Source: Acidobacteriota bacterium (GTDB taxonomy: Bacteria > Acidobacteriota > UBA890 > WLXD01). From it: a DNA stretch of 64,000 nucleotides. This document shows positions 28,793-37,608 of the stretch, in pieces. The first letter of the stretch is position 1, and the number at the start of each line of letters is the position of its first letter. The notes under the pieces are model-generated. The model saw nothing but the letters and a program-made list of their open reading frames with translations, did no database searches and was not told where the DNA came from. The stretch is taken from NCBI GenBank assembly GCA_963666215.2, contig CAXWPL010000003.1:128001-192000 (forward strand), read 5' to 3'. The translations under genes were made by a program, and so were the position numbers.

Positions 28793-28959
28793 CTCCATCG
28801 CCGCACCATCGAAACGATGCCAACATGAATCTCGTAACCTCTTTGTTTTCTTGCACTTGAAGACGACGACTCTTAAGGTGAACGCTGAACGTTCAGTGCC
28901 GGACGGGCTGAACATCCGGCGCCAGACGGGTCGGGTGTAATCGCGGAGGCGAGCTGGCA

Positions 28960-30042
28960 TTGAACATCGTTCATCTAGATCTACAGCGCGGCTGGCGAGG
29001 TGGCCAGCGGCAAGTCTGGCTGCTTATCCGCGAGCTCCATCGGCACGGCATTTCGCAAGCGATGCTCCACCGAGTCGACTCCCCGTACGAGGAGAAACTG
29101 CGCCAGTTCGACTCGGTGCAATGCATATCAACGCCGACGCGGCTGCGCGGCTTCCTGCGCTCCCCCGCCGCCAGCCGGGCGACCATCTTCCATGCACATA
29201 CGGGCAACACCGTGCCGATCGCGCTGTGGGGCGCGCGCTCGCGGGGTCACACGGTGATTACGCGACGTCTCGACCTGCCCATCAAGCCGTGGATGTTTCG
29301 GCGCGCCGCCCGCGTGGTGGCCATCTCACGGCGCGTCGAGCAGGTACTCGTGAGCTCCGGAATCTTGCCCGAACGGTTGCGCCTGATTCCGTCGGCTGTC
29401 GATTTGGAGCGGTCGCTGGAGGCCGTCGACATCGGCGACCTCCGCCGCGAGCTCGCGATCGCGCCCGACGCTCACGTGGGCCTGACGATCGGAGCGCTCA
29501 CGGAACAGAAGGACCCCATGACGCTGGTCGCGGCCTTGCCCAAGCTGCCGCCCAACTACGTGCACATCTGGGTAGGGGCCGGTCACCTCCTGAGCGAGGC
29601 ACAACGATTGGCCGAATACCTCGGTGTGAAAGACCGGCTGCGACTGACAGGCTTCGACTCGCACCCCGACCGGTGGTTCGCCATTGCCGACCTGTTTGTG
29701 CTGCCGAGCATTCACGAGGGTCTCGGAACGGTGCTTCTCGACGCATTCCATTTCGGCGTCCCGGTGGTGGGCACCGCCATTCCGGCGACCTCGGAGTTGC
29801 TCGAGCACGGCACGTCGGCGCTGCTGTTCGAGCCGCGAGACGCCGACGGCTTGGCCGCCGCGGTGCACGAATTGCTGAACAATCTCGAGCTCGCCAGCCG
29901 CCTGAGCACCGAGGGATCGAGCCGCGTCACCGCCTACGATGCTCGTGACATGGGGGAACGTTATGTCGAGCTGTATCGCGAGCTGATCGACGGCCCCGAC
30001 GCGCACCACAGAGAGCACGCCCGGCAGGCCGTGAGCGGATAG
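28960..30042 (+). CDS. Glycosyltransferase family 4
   Basis: WRGGQRQV, HAHT, ADLFVLPSIHEGLGTVLLDA (EX7E-like). Confidence 0.9.
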   Translation: MNIVHLDLQRGWRGGQRQVWLLIRELHRHGISQAMLHRVDSPYEEKLRQFDSVQCISTPTRLRGFLRSPAASRATIFHAHTGNTVPIALWGARSRGHTVITRRLDLPIKPWMFRRAARVVAISRRVEQVLVSSGILPERLRLIPSAVDLERSLEAVDIGDLRRELAIAPDAHVGLTIGALTEQKDPMTLVAALPKLPPNYVHIWVGAGHLLSEAQRLAEYLGVKDRLRLTGFDSHPDRWFAIADLFVLPSIHEGLGTVLLDAFHFGVPVVGTAIPATSELLEHGTSALLFEPRDADGLAAAVHELLNNLELASRLSTEGSSRVTAYDARDMGERYVELYRELIDGPDAHHREHARQAVSG

Positions 30043-30185
30043 AATCCCGGCAGACTCCAAAGCGACCGAAGCCGGCTGGCGCATGCTCTACCCTCGCGAC
30101 GAGGCGGCACTCGGGCGACCCTCCGAGCCCCGCGAGCCACGTTAACGACGTCTCTCCGATCTCTCTTGTAAAGCGAGTCCATCGA

Positions 30186-30770
30186 GTGCACCCATCCGCC
30201 GACCCGATCGAGACCTTCCGAGAGTTGCAAGCGCGGGCGCGCGAAAGTGAGCCGCACGAGGGCACCGCCGTCTGCCTGGCAACAGCCAACGCCGCCGGCC
30301 AGCCGAGTGCGCGGGTCGTGTTGCTCAAGGGCTTCGACGAGCGCGGCTTCGTTTTCTACACCAACTACGAAAGCCCCAAAGGGTGCCAGATCGGCGAAAA
30401 CCCGCACGGCGCGCTCTGCTTCTACTGGAGCAGCCTCAACACTCAGGTTCGCGCCGAAGGCACTGTGCGGCCGGTGTCGGAGGCCGAGTCCGACGCCTAC
30501 TTCGCAAGTCGGCCGCGAGGCAGTCAGATTGGCGCCTGGGCATCAAGGCAATCGCAGCCCATCGCGTCGCGCGCCGAGATCGAGCACCAGGTCGCTGAAG
30601 TCGACGCCCGATTCGACGGCAGAGAGGTCGAGCGACCGCCTCACTGGGGCGGCTTCCGACTCGCCCCTCAGCGCATCGAGTTCTGGAACGCCGGCGAGGA
30701 TCGCCTGCACGATCGCTTCGTTTACACGCGAACAGCCGATGGCTGGTCGTGCGAGCGCCTGCAGCCTTGA
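30186..30770 (+). CDS. pdxH: Pyridoxamine 5'-phosphate oxidase
   Basis: ARVVLLK, FVFYTNYES, YFASRPRGSQIGAWASRQS, RPPHWGG, RLHDR. Confidence 0.96.
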   Translation: MHPSADPIETFRELQARARESEPHEGTAVCLATANAAGQPSARVVLLKGFDERGFVFYTNYESPKGCQIGENPHGALCFYWSSLNTQVRAEGTVRPVSEAESDAYFASRPRGSQIGAWASRQSQPIASRAEIEHQVAEVDARFDGREVERPPHWGGFRLAPQRIEFWNAGEDRLHDRFVYTRTADGWSCERLQP

Positions 30771-30777
30771 GCCACAC

Positions 30778-31845
30778 ATGAGCCGCCCGCAGCGAGCTCT
30801 CGTGCTCGGAGCCGGCGGACAGGTGGGCGGCGATCTTCTCCTCGAGCTCCTGGCAGCGAACGCGGACGTGATCCCCGTCGACCAGCTGCCGGCGGAGTCG
30901 ACGAACGCGTACAAGAAGCTCACGCAACTCGCGCCGAACGACAGCTGGAGCCCCAATTGGGAGCAAGTCGACGTCACCGACGCGGCCGCGGTTGCCGACC
31001 TCGTGGCCCGCACGCGGCCCGATGTGATCTATCACCTGGCCGCCGTCCTCAGCGCCGCCGGCGAGGCCCACACCGGGCTATGCTGGACGATCAACGTCGA
31101 CGGCCGGCGCAACGTCCTCGACGCGATTGTCGGGCTTCAAGACCGGCCGCCGAACGCGATCCGTTCGGACCGCGGCGACGACGAACGCGGCGCCAACGCG
31201 GCATCCCCAACACTCGTATGGCCTTCATCGATCGCCGCCTTCGGCCTACCTCCGGGCGCCGCTTCCTCTGCGGACGGCTACACCGCCACCGAGGAGTGGC
31301 CGTTCTTCCCGATCACCATGTACGGCGTCACCAAAGTAGCGGGGGAAAAGCTTGGCGAGTACTACGCCCGCCGCTCCAAGGTCGACTTCCGTTCGATCCG
31401 CTTCCCCGGCCTCATCAGTAGCGTCGAGCCTAGCGGCGGCTCCTCCGACTACGCCAACGAGATGTACTTCCGGGCTTCTCATGCCGAGCCCGCCGAGTGC
31501 TTTGTGCAGCGTCAGGCGCGCATTCCTTTCATGCACATGGACGACGCCATCAGCGCGCTGCTCCAGCTCGCCGCCGCCGATCGGGACCGCCTCACCCACA
31601 GCACCTACAACATCACCGCGTTCCCCGCCCCGTCGGCCATGGAGATGGTCGCCAGCATCCAGCGCCGCATGCTCGACTTCTGTGTGACGTACGAGCCCGA
31701 CGGGCGCGAAGTCAACGTTCTCTCGTGGCCCAACGAGCTCGACGACTCGGCAGCGCGCACCGACTGGGGCTGGTTGCCAGAGATCGACTCGCTCGACAAC
31801 ATGACCGACAAGCTACTGGCGGAGTTCTCCGCCGCCCGGCGCTGA
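30778..31845 (+). CDS. NAD-dependent epimerase/dehydratase (SDR-type L-threonine 3-dehydrogenase-like)
   Basis: GAGGQVG, YHLAAVLSAAGE, PSSIAAFG, PITMYGVTK, DFRSIRFPG, GGSSDYA, SWP..LDDSAARTDWGW. Confidence 0.75.
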   Translation: MSRPQRALVLGAGGQVGGDLLLELLAANADVIPVDQLPAESTNAYKKLTQLAPNDSWSPNWEQVDVTDAAAVADLVARTRPDVIYHLAAVLSAAGEAHTGLCWTINVDGRRNVLDAIVGLQDRPPNAIRSDRGDDERGANAASPTLVWPSSIAAFGLPPGAASSADGYTATEEWPFFPITMYGVTKVAGEKLGEYYARRSKVDFRSIRFPGLISSVEPSGGSSDYANEMYFRASHAEPAECFVQRQARIPFMHMDDAISALLQLAAADRDRLTHSTYNITAFPAPSAMEMVASIQRRMLDFCVTYEPDGREVNVLSWPNELDDSAARTDWGWLPEIDSLDNMTDKLLAEFSAARR

Positions 31846-31933
31846 AGCCAGAAAGGACGATCCTGCACAGCCGCAAGGTCTGGGGCTCGACAAGGCTCGC
31901 CCTGCAGCAGCTTTCACGTCTCCGAAGGAGCCC

Positions 31934-33520
31934 ATGATGAAGTTGCCAATTCTGGCCGCCGGCTTGGCGGCGGCTCTCGCAACGCTCCCCGCCCCGCCCG
32001 CTACCACCACCGCCACGGTCACCAGATCTGCCGCCGCCGTCGAGGGCCAAAGGCCCTACGACCTCGACATCCGCGAGCACGTCTTCGACAACGGGTTGCG
32101 GCTGCTGGTGCTGGAGCGCCCAGGCGATCCGCGCGTGGCGTGCAAGATCTTCACCGACATGGGCGGTCTCAACGAGACCCCCGGCCAGGCGGGTGCGGCC
32201 CATTACCTCGAGCACCTGATGTTCAAGGGCACCGAGACCCTGGGCACCACCAACTGGACGGCCGAAGAGCCCCTGCGAGAGCAAATCGACGAGGCCGAGG
32301 GCGAGCTGGTCGCGGCACTGAACGAGGCGCGCAACCAGATCGTGGAGCGCGGAGTGTTCCACGATTACCGCCACACCGACACGACGCCCCGCATCGAGGT
32401 GGCCCGCGAGCGGATCCGCCAGCTCGAGTCGGCCGCGGCGGTCCATGGAGACGGCGGCGCCATGATGCGCTGGTACCAGGCCTACGGTGGCACCGGGCTG
32501 ACCGCCACCACCGAGCAGGAGTACATGAAGTTCGACATCAACCTGCCGGTGGAGCGGGTGGAGCTGTTCCTGCGGGTCGAGGCCGATCGCATGCAGAACG
32601 GCGTGTTCCGTGAGTTCGACGAGGAGCGGATGATCCTGGTGGAGCAGCGGCTCGGCGACCTTAACCGCGCCGCGACCCCGTACACCGAGCAGATGGCGGC
32701 GATCTCGGGCGAGTCGAGCCCGGTGTACTGGCCCGAGGGTCACTACCCGACCGACTTCACTCAGTACACCCGCGCCTACCAGCGGCAGCTCTACGAGCGC
32801 TACTTCGTGGTCAACAACACGACGCTGGTGTTCATCGGTGGGGTGTCGCTCGAGGAGATGGTGCCGCTGGTGAAGCGCTGGTTCGGGTCGATAGAAAAGA
32901 GCCCAGAGCCACCTCGATCGGTGGCAGTCGAACCGGTGCCAATCGCCGAGCGTCGTCTCGTCTACAGAAGTGACGAGCTGGCCCCGCGCGTCGAGGTGCG
33001 CCACGCAATCCCCGGTATCGGACATCCGGACCGGCCGGCCTTCGACGTTATGGCCGGGGTCGCGGCGCCAGCCATCGAGCGATCGCTAGCGGCGGCGGGC
33101 GTGGAAGGTGAGGTGAACGTCAACACGCGGGTTATCCACACAAGCCGCTTCGGCGTGCCTTCGACGATGAACTTCGAGGTGGTCGTTGCCGACGCCGACG
33201 ATCTGCAGGCGGCCGAGGGTGCCTTGCTGGCAGCGCTGCGGACGCTCGGCAAGGGCGAGATCGACGCCGAGGATCTGCAGCTCGCCAAGAAGACCCTGCG
33301 CACCGAGTGGTACCGCACCGTGGCCGACGCCGACGCGCTGGCCTTCGAGATTGGTCACTTCCAGACGATGGATCGGTGGGAAACGCTGCAGGATCATCTG
33401 GAGGGACGCGACGCCACCACCGACGAGACAATTGCCCGGCTGGCGGCCCGATACTTCGTTCCCGAGAACCGCGTCGTGGGCACGGTGAGACCCGCCGACG
33501 ACGAGGAGTCGAGGCGATGA
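31934..33520 (+). CDS. M16 family zinc peptidase, catalytic subunit, exported
   Basis: AHYLEHLMFKGT (HxxEH); EADRM; signal peptide; AAGGAG RBS. Confidence 0.9.
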   Translation: MMKLPILAAGLAAALATLPAPPATTTATVTRSAAAVEGQRPYDLDIREHVFDNGLRLLVLERPGDPRVACKIFTDMGGLNETPGQAGAAHYLEHLMFKGTETLGTTNWTAEEPLREQIDEAEGELVAALNEARNQIVERGVFHDYRHTDTTPRIEVARERIRQLESAAAVHGDGGAMMRWYQAYGGTGLTATTEQEYMKFDINLPVERVELFLRVEADRMQNGVFREFDEERMILVEQRLGDLNRAATPYTEQMAAISGESSPVYWPEGHYPTDFTQYTRAYQRQLYERYFVVNNTTLVFIGGVSLEEMVPLVKRWFGSIEKSPEPPRSVAVEPVPIAERRLVYRSDELAPRVEVRHAIPGIGHPDRPAFDVMAGVAAPAIERSLAAAGVEGEVNVNTRVIHTSRFGVPSTMNFEVVVADADDLQAAEGALLAALRTLGKGEIDAEDLQLAKKTLRTEWYRTVADADALAFEIGHFQTMDRWETLQDHLEGRDATTDETIARLAARYFVPENRVVGTVRPADDEESRR

Positions 33521-35013
33521 GGAGACCCGCGAGGATCTCCGATCGTGATCCGGCCCGCGGTGCGGTTCGAGCGACAGGGCCGGTGGCGTTGGTCGGCGCG
33601 ATGATCCTGCCCTTGATTCTCGCAGCACCCAGCGCGACGTTCGCTCAGCAGCAGGAACTGACGCATCCGCGCGCCATGGAGCTCGACGATGTCGCCTGGA
33701 AGGCCCCCGACCCGGCGCCGCTGCGACTGCAGCTCGACAACGGCCTGACCGCCTACGTGGTTGCCGACAATCTCGTGCCGCTGGTGCGCTTGACCGCGCT
33801 GATCGGCGCCGGCGACGCCGACGCCCCCGGAGGCGCCGCCTACGCAGCCGCCCTGCGCGCCGGGCCCGCCGCCATGCGCCCGGGGCGGTTCGAGCAAGCC
33901 CTGACCGCCATGGCGGCGCGCTACGACGTGGCCCCGCAGCACACCGAGACCCGCGTGACGCTCGAAGTGCCCTCCGAGGACGTGACGGCGGCCGTTTCGC
34001 TCTTCTCGTCGCTCCTGCGGGATCCGCTCACCGGCGCTCCGCCAGCGGGCAGCGGATCCAGCGCCAGCGACGAGGCGACCGGAGAGTCGGGACCGGTGCT
34101 GTACGAGGGCTCGATGGATGTGGCCGTGATGTTGCTGGAGCGAGCCGTGTATGCGGGCCACTCGTACGTCGGCGCGCGAGATGCCGAGGCTCCGACCGAC
34201 GCCCCGGCCTCCGCTCCAGTCTCGGCGAGATCCTTCGCCAACCGATTCGTCGTCCCGGCCAACGTCGCTCTAGCCGTCTCCGGCGACTTCAACCCCGCGG
34301 CCATGCGCGCTGACCTGACTTCCGCCTTCGCCGACTGGAGCGGCGAAGCGCCAGCGATGCCGGCCCATCCCCTACCCCAGCGAGCGGCGCGGCGTGAGGT
34401 GCTCACCTACAACGTCGACAAGCTGCAGGGCTGGGTCGCCATCGGCCACGAGCTGCCCGAGGTCCCCACGGCCAACGAGGCCGCGCTGCTGGTGATGAAC
34501 TACATCCTCGGCGGCGGCCACTTCGACACCCGACTGTTCCTTGCCACCCGCGACCGCCGCGGACTAACCAACGACGACAGCGGCTTCCCCGAACAAGGAT
34601 TCCGCGGCCCCGGTCTCTATTCTTTTCGTACCTATGGTCGTCCGGAGGTGGTGCGCTTGCTGATCCACCTGACCCTTCAGGAGATCGAGCGCATCCGTAC
34701 CGAGCCGGTGACCGAGGAAGAGCTGTTCGTGGCCCGCGGGGCGCTGGCCGACGGCGACACTTCCCTGTGGTTCCGCAACGGCGCCGCCACCGCCACCACC
34801 TACGCTCGCGAGTGGCTGCGCTACGGCGACCACACCCGAACCTCGACCTGGTGGCAGCGAGTCCATGCCGTCACCGCCGACGCCGTGCTTGCCGCCGCCC
34901 AGCGTTACCTCGATCCTGAGCGGATGCGAATCGTTGTCTTGGGCCCGCTCGATGCGATCCGCAATGCCGCGACGCTGGAAGACGAACAAGCGTTGGAGGA
35001 GTACGAGCGCTGA
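33517..35013 (+). CDS. M16 family peptidase, non-catalytic partner subunit
   Basis: LDNGLTAYVV, LAVSGDF, MNYILGGGHFDTRL; no HxxEH; ATGA coupling to the upstream gene. Confidence 0.82.
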   Translation: MRRPARISDRDPARGAVRATGPVALVGAMILPLILAAPSATFAQQQELTHPRAMELDDVAWKAPDPAPLRLQLDNGLTAYVVADNLVPLVRLTALIGAGDADAPGGAAYAAALRAGPAAMRPGRFEQALTAMAARYDVAPQHTETRVTLEVPSEDVTAAVSLFSSLLRDPLTGAPPAGSGSSASDEATGESGPVLYEGSMDVAVMLLERAVYAGHSYVGARDAEAPTDAPASAPVSARSFANRFVVPANVALAVSGDFNPAAMRADLTSAFADWSGEAPAMPAHPLPQRAARREVLTYNVDKLQGWVAIGHELPEVPTANEAALLVMNYILGGGHFDTRLFLATRDRRGLTNDDSGFPEQGFRGPGLYSFRTYGRPEVVRLLIHLTLQEIERIRTEPVTEEELFVARGALADGDTSLWFRNGAATATTYAREWLRYGDHTRTSTWWQRVHAVTADAVLAAAQRYLDPERMRIVVLGPLDAIRNAATLEDEQALEEYER

Positions 35014-35144
35014 AGGTAGCGTGGTCCCGCACTAGGGGCACAACCGGCGGGGCTCGCTCAGACGTCCGCGATTGAGGCAGTCCGAGCCGAGATACCGGAT
35101 TGGTAGGCTACCGTCCGCGGCTACGGGGAGCACGACCCAGCTCT

Positions 35145-35852
35145 TCAAGCGTCGGTCGGAGTCGACGGCAATCCATTGGGCACCAGTGGCATTCCGCGCA
35201 GACGCATGCCGGTGGCGTCGAAGATGGCGTTGCCGACGGCCGGGGCGATGCCGACGATCGGGCACTCCCCAGCGCCCGCCGACGGCAGGTCGGGACGGTC
35301 CAGAAGCAGGATCTCGATTTCCGGCACGTCGCTGAAGCGCGGCACCCGGTAATCGGAGAGGCGCGGGTTGAGGATGCGGCCGGCCTCGAAACGGACTGCT
35401 TCGAAAAGAGCACCGCCGATGCCCTGAACGATGGCGCCCTCAACCTGGCTCTCGAGGTGCACCGGGTTGACGATCGCCCCGCACTCGAAGGCCTGGACGA
35501 CGCGCAGAATGCGCACGTAACCATCCGAGCCAACCTCGACCTCGGCGCAGCAGGCCACGTAGCCGCCCTTGTCAATTCCAATCGCGACGCCGCTTCCGAT
35601 CCCGATCCCGGTCCTGGCGCCGCGATTCGACAGCGCCAACCGCTCTTTCCAGCCGAACCGCTCGGCCGCCGCATCGAGCACGGCTCGCAAACGGCTGTTG
35701 TCCCGATTGTCCAGATCAAGCGGATCGCTCGGATCCGGCAAATTGCGACGGCGCATCTCCACCGGGTCGATCCCCGCGGCGTGCGCCAGCTCGTCCATCG
35801 CGGTCTCACGCGCGAAGACGTTGGCAGTGGCGGCCAGCGCTCGGTACGAGCC
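35145..35852 (-). pseudogene. 5'-truncated xanthine dehydrogenase family molybdopterin subunit (IorB-like C-terminus)
   Basis: GSYRALAATANVFARETAMDELA..DPVEMR, ECGAIVNP..LESQVEG, YRVPRFSDVP, GAGE..VGNAIFDATG; family similarity begins mid-domain just below the sua5 stop. Confidence 0.8.
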
Positions 35853-35880
35853 TGCGTCGAAAAGAATCCGGGCGGCGCGC

Positions 35881-37197
35881 CTACGGTCGCTGTGCGGCAG
35901 CGACCATCAGGCGCTCGATCGCGTCCACCGCGCCCACCAAGTCGCTGTCGCTATCGACGACAACCGACGCCGCGCGGCTGAGTCGATCGAGAATTGCTGG
36001 TGCCGTCGTGATCGGCTCGGTGGCGACGTCGCCGGGCGCCTCGATAAGAACCACCCCAACGCCCTCGTCGTCGAGCCGACGGAGATCGTCGTACAGGTGG
36101 TGTGCGAACAGGTCCGAAGAGCGGCGCTCGATAACGATCGGCTGCGGCCCGGACGCGAGCCGCCTGCGGATCGCATCCGGCAAGCCCCCAGAGCTCGACG
36201 CGCCGCGAGTGGCGACGTAGCCGATCGAGCCCTGCGTCGGCTGCTGCGACAACCGCGCGGCGAGCGCGTCCACGAGTCGCTCGATCGCGACGGCGCTCAG
36301 ATCACCCTCCATCAGAACCACCGATGCTCGCGGTCGGTAGTGACGGTGCGCCGCGCCTGGTGATCGTGGTGGTTGTGGACTCGCTCGACCGTCAGCCGAT
36401 GCGGCATCGCCGTCCGCAACCGCGACGCACAGAACAGCGGCAATCGCGCCGGTGTCGATCGAACCTGGACGCAGAACCGCGGGCCGCTCGCCCGACAGGT
36501 CGAGAACCGTTGATTCGATGCCGATGCGGCACGGGCCACTGTCGAGCACCATGTCGATCCGGCCGTCGAGGTCGGCGAGAACGTGGGCGGCGCGGGTTGG
36601 GCTCGGCCGCCCGGAGAGATTGGCGCTCGGGGCTGCGATGGGGCAGCCGGCCGCGGCAATGAGCGCCAGCGCCACCGGATGATCGGGAACGCGGACGGCA
36701 ACTGTCGGCAACCCACGGGAGGCCGCCCGCAGCTCCGGCGCTGCCGGGACGACGATGGTCAGTGGCCCGGGCCAGTAGCGGTCCAAGAGCCGGGGTACGT
36801 GCTCACGCCAGTCGCTTCCGCCACGCTGCGTGGCCGCCGCACTGCCAATCACGGCGTGACCGTCGATCGCCGGCGCGGTGCTCGGCGGCTGTGCGCGCAT
36901 CGCCTGCGCCAGGGCCGTGACCGACTCGAGCTCATGGGCGCTTCCGATGTGGACGATAACCGGGTTGTCTCCCGGTCGCTGCTTGGCGACGTAGATCGCC
37001 TCTACGGCGGCCGCCGATCGTGCGTCGGCTCCGAGCCCATAAACCGTCTCGGTCGGAAAGGCCACGAGCCCCCCGCGGCGCAGAATCGAGCCGGCCTCGA
37101 CCAGCGCTGGATGCTCAGCGAGCACCGCGATTGCCTCCGCGGCCGTGCCCCTGGCGGAGACGTCGGCGACGTCAACAACGTGAACCCGGGTTCTCAT
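35881..37197 (-). CDS. sua5: L-threonylcarbamoyladenylate synthase (Sua5 type)
   Basis: VAFPTETVYGLGA, KQRPGDNP, YWPGPLT, AAPSANLSGRPSPT, GIESTV, SPG..HRHY, RLSRAA. Confidence 0.93.
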   Translation of the reverse strand: MRTRVHVVDVADVSARGTAAEAIAVLAEHPALVEAGSILRRGGLVAFPTETVYGLGADARSAAAVEAIYVAKQRPGDNPVIVHIGSAHELESVTALAQAMRAQPPSTAPAIDGHAVIGSAAATQRGGSDWREHVPRLLDRYWPGPLTIVVPAAPELRAASRGLPTVAVRVPDHPVALALIAAAGCPIAAPSANLSGRPSPTRAAHVLADLDGRIDMVLDSGPCRIGIESTVLDLSGERPAVLRPGSIDTGAIAAVLCVAVADGDAASADGRASPQPPRSPGAAHRHYRPRASVVLMEGDLSAVAIERLVDALAARLSQQPTQGSIGYVATRGASSSGGLPDAIRRRLASGPQPIVIERRSSDLFAHHLYDDLRRLDDEGVGVVLIEAPGDVATEPITTAPAILDRLSRAASVVVDSDSDLVGAVDAIERLMVAAAQRP

Positions 37198-37289
37198 GGC
37201 CGCGAGTGTAGCTGGCCGCCGCCCGCGACGGCTGGCGCGATTCGCGGCAGCGGCAATCGAGCGGCTCGGGGCCAGGCCTCGGTCGAAAC

Positions 37290-37417
37290 GGAGGGGAAGC
37301 GCGTGGCCCGCACAAGGGGCCAGGCCACGCATGGCGAACGGCTGGTGGGCCGGAATCCCAGCGAGGCTGGGGTCCCCGGGTAAACCGAGCTCACCAAACG
37401 GTCGTCAGTCCCTCCTG
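37290..37417. ncRNA. Putative ~125-nt structured intergenic RNA (strand uncertain; promoter evidence favours minus)
   Basis: GGAGGG/CCCTCC end pairing; stems GCGTGGCC/GGCCACGC, TGGTG/CACCA, CCCAGC/GCTGGG; TG-C-TACGTT upstream on the minus strand. Confidence 0.5.
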
Positions 37418-37608
37418 AGCATCAACGTAGCACCGCCGAGACGTGCAGAAAATTCAAAACACTCAGGCACACAACAGCAGATAACAAAGCGCTGTCGGCA
37501 CAAGAAGTTTCCGGACGCGTCCAGCCGAGCGCGGCCAAGATACGCCAGCTTGTGGCTCGGATCGAACGGACAGCCCAGGCCCGTCCAACGGAAACGGCGC
37601 CCGTGACC

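Noticed and set aside
37395-37410. Hammerhead ribozyme (CUGACGA on the minus strand)
   Set aside because: The GAAA core and stem II/III geometry are missing.
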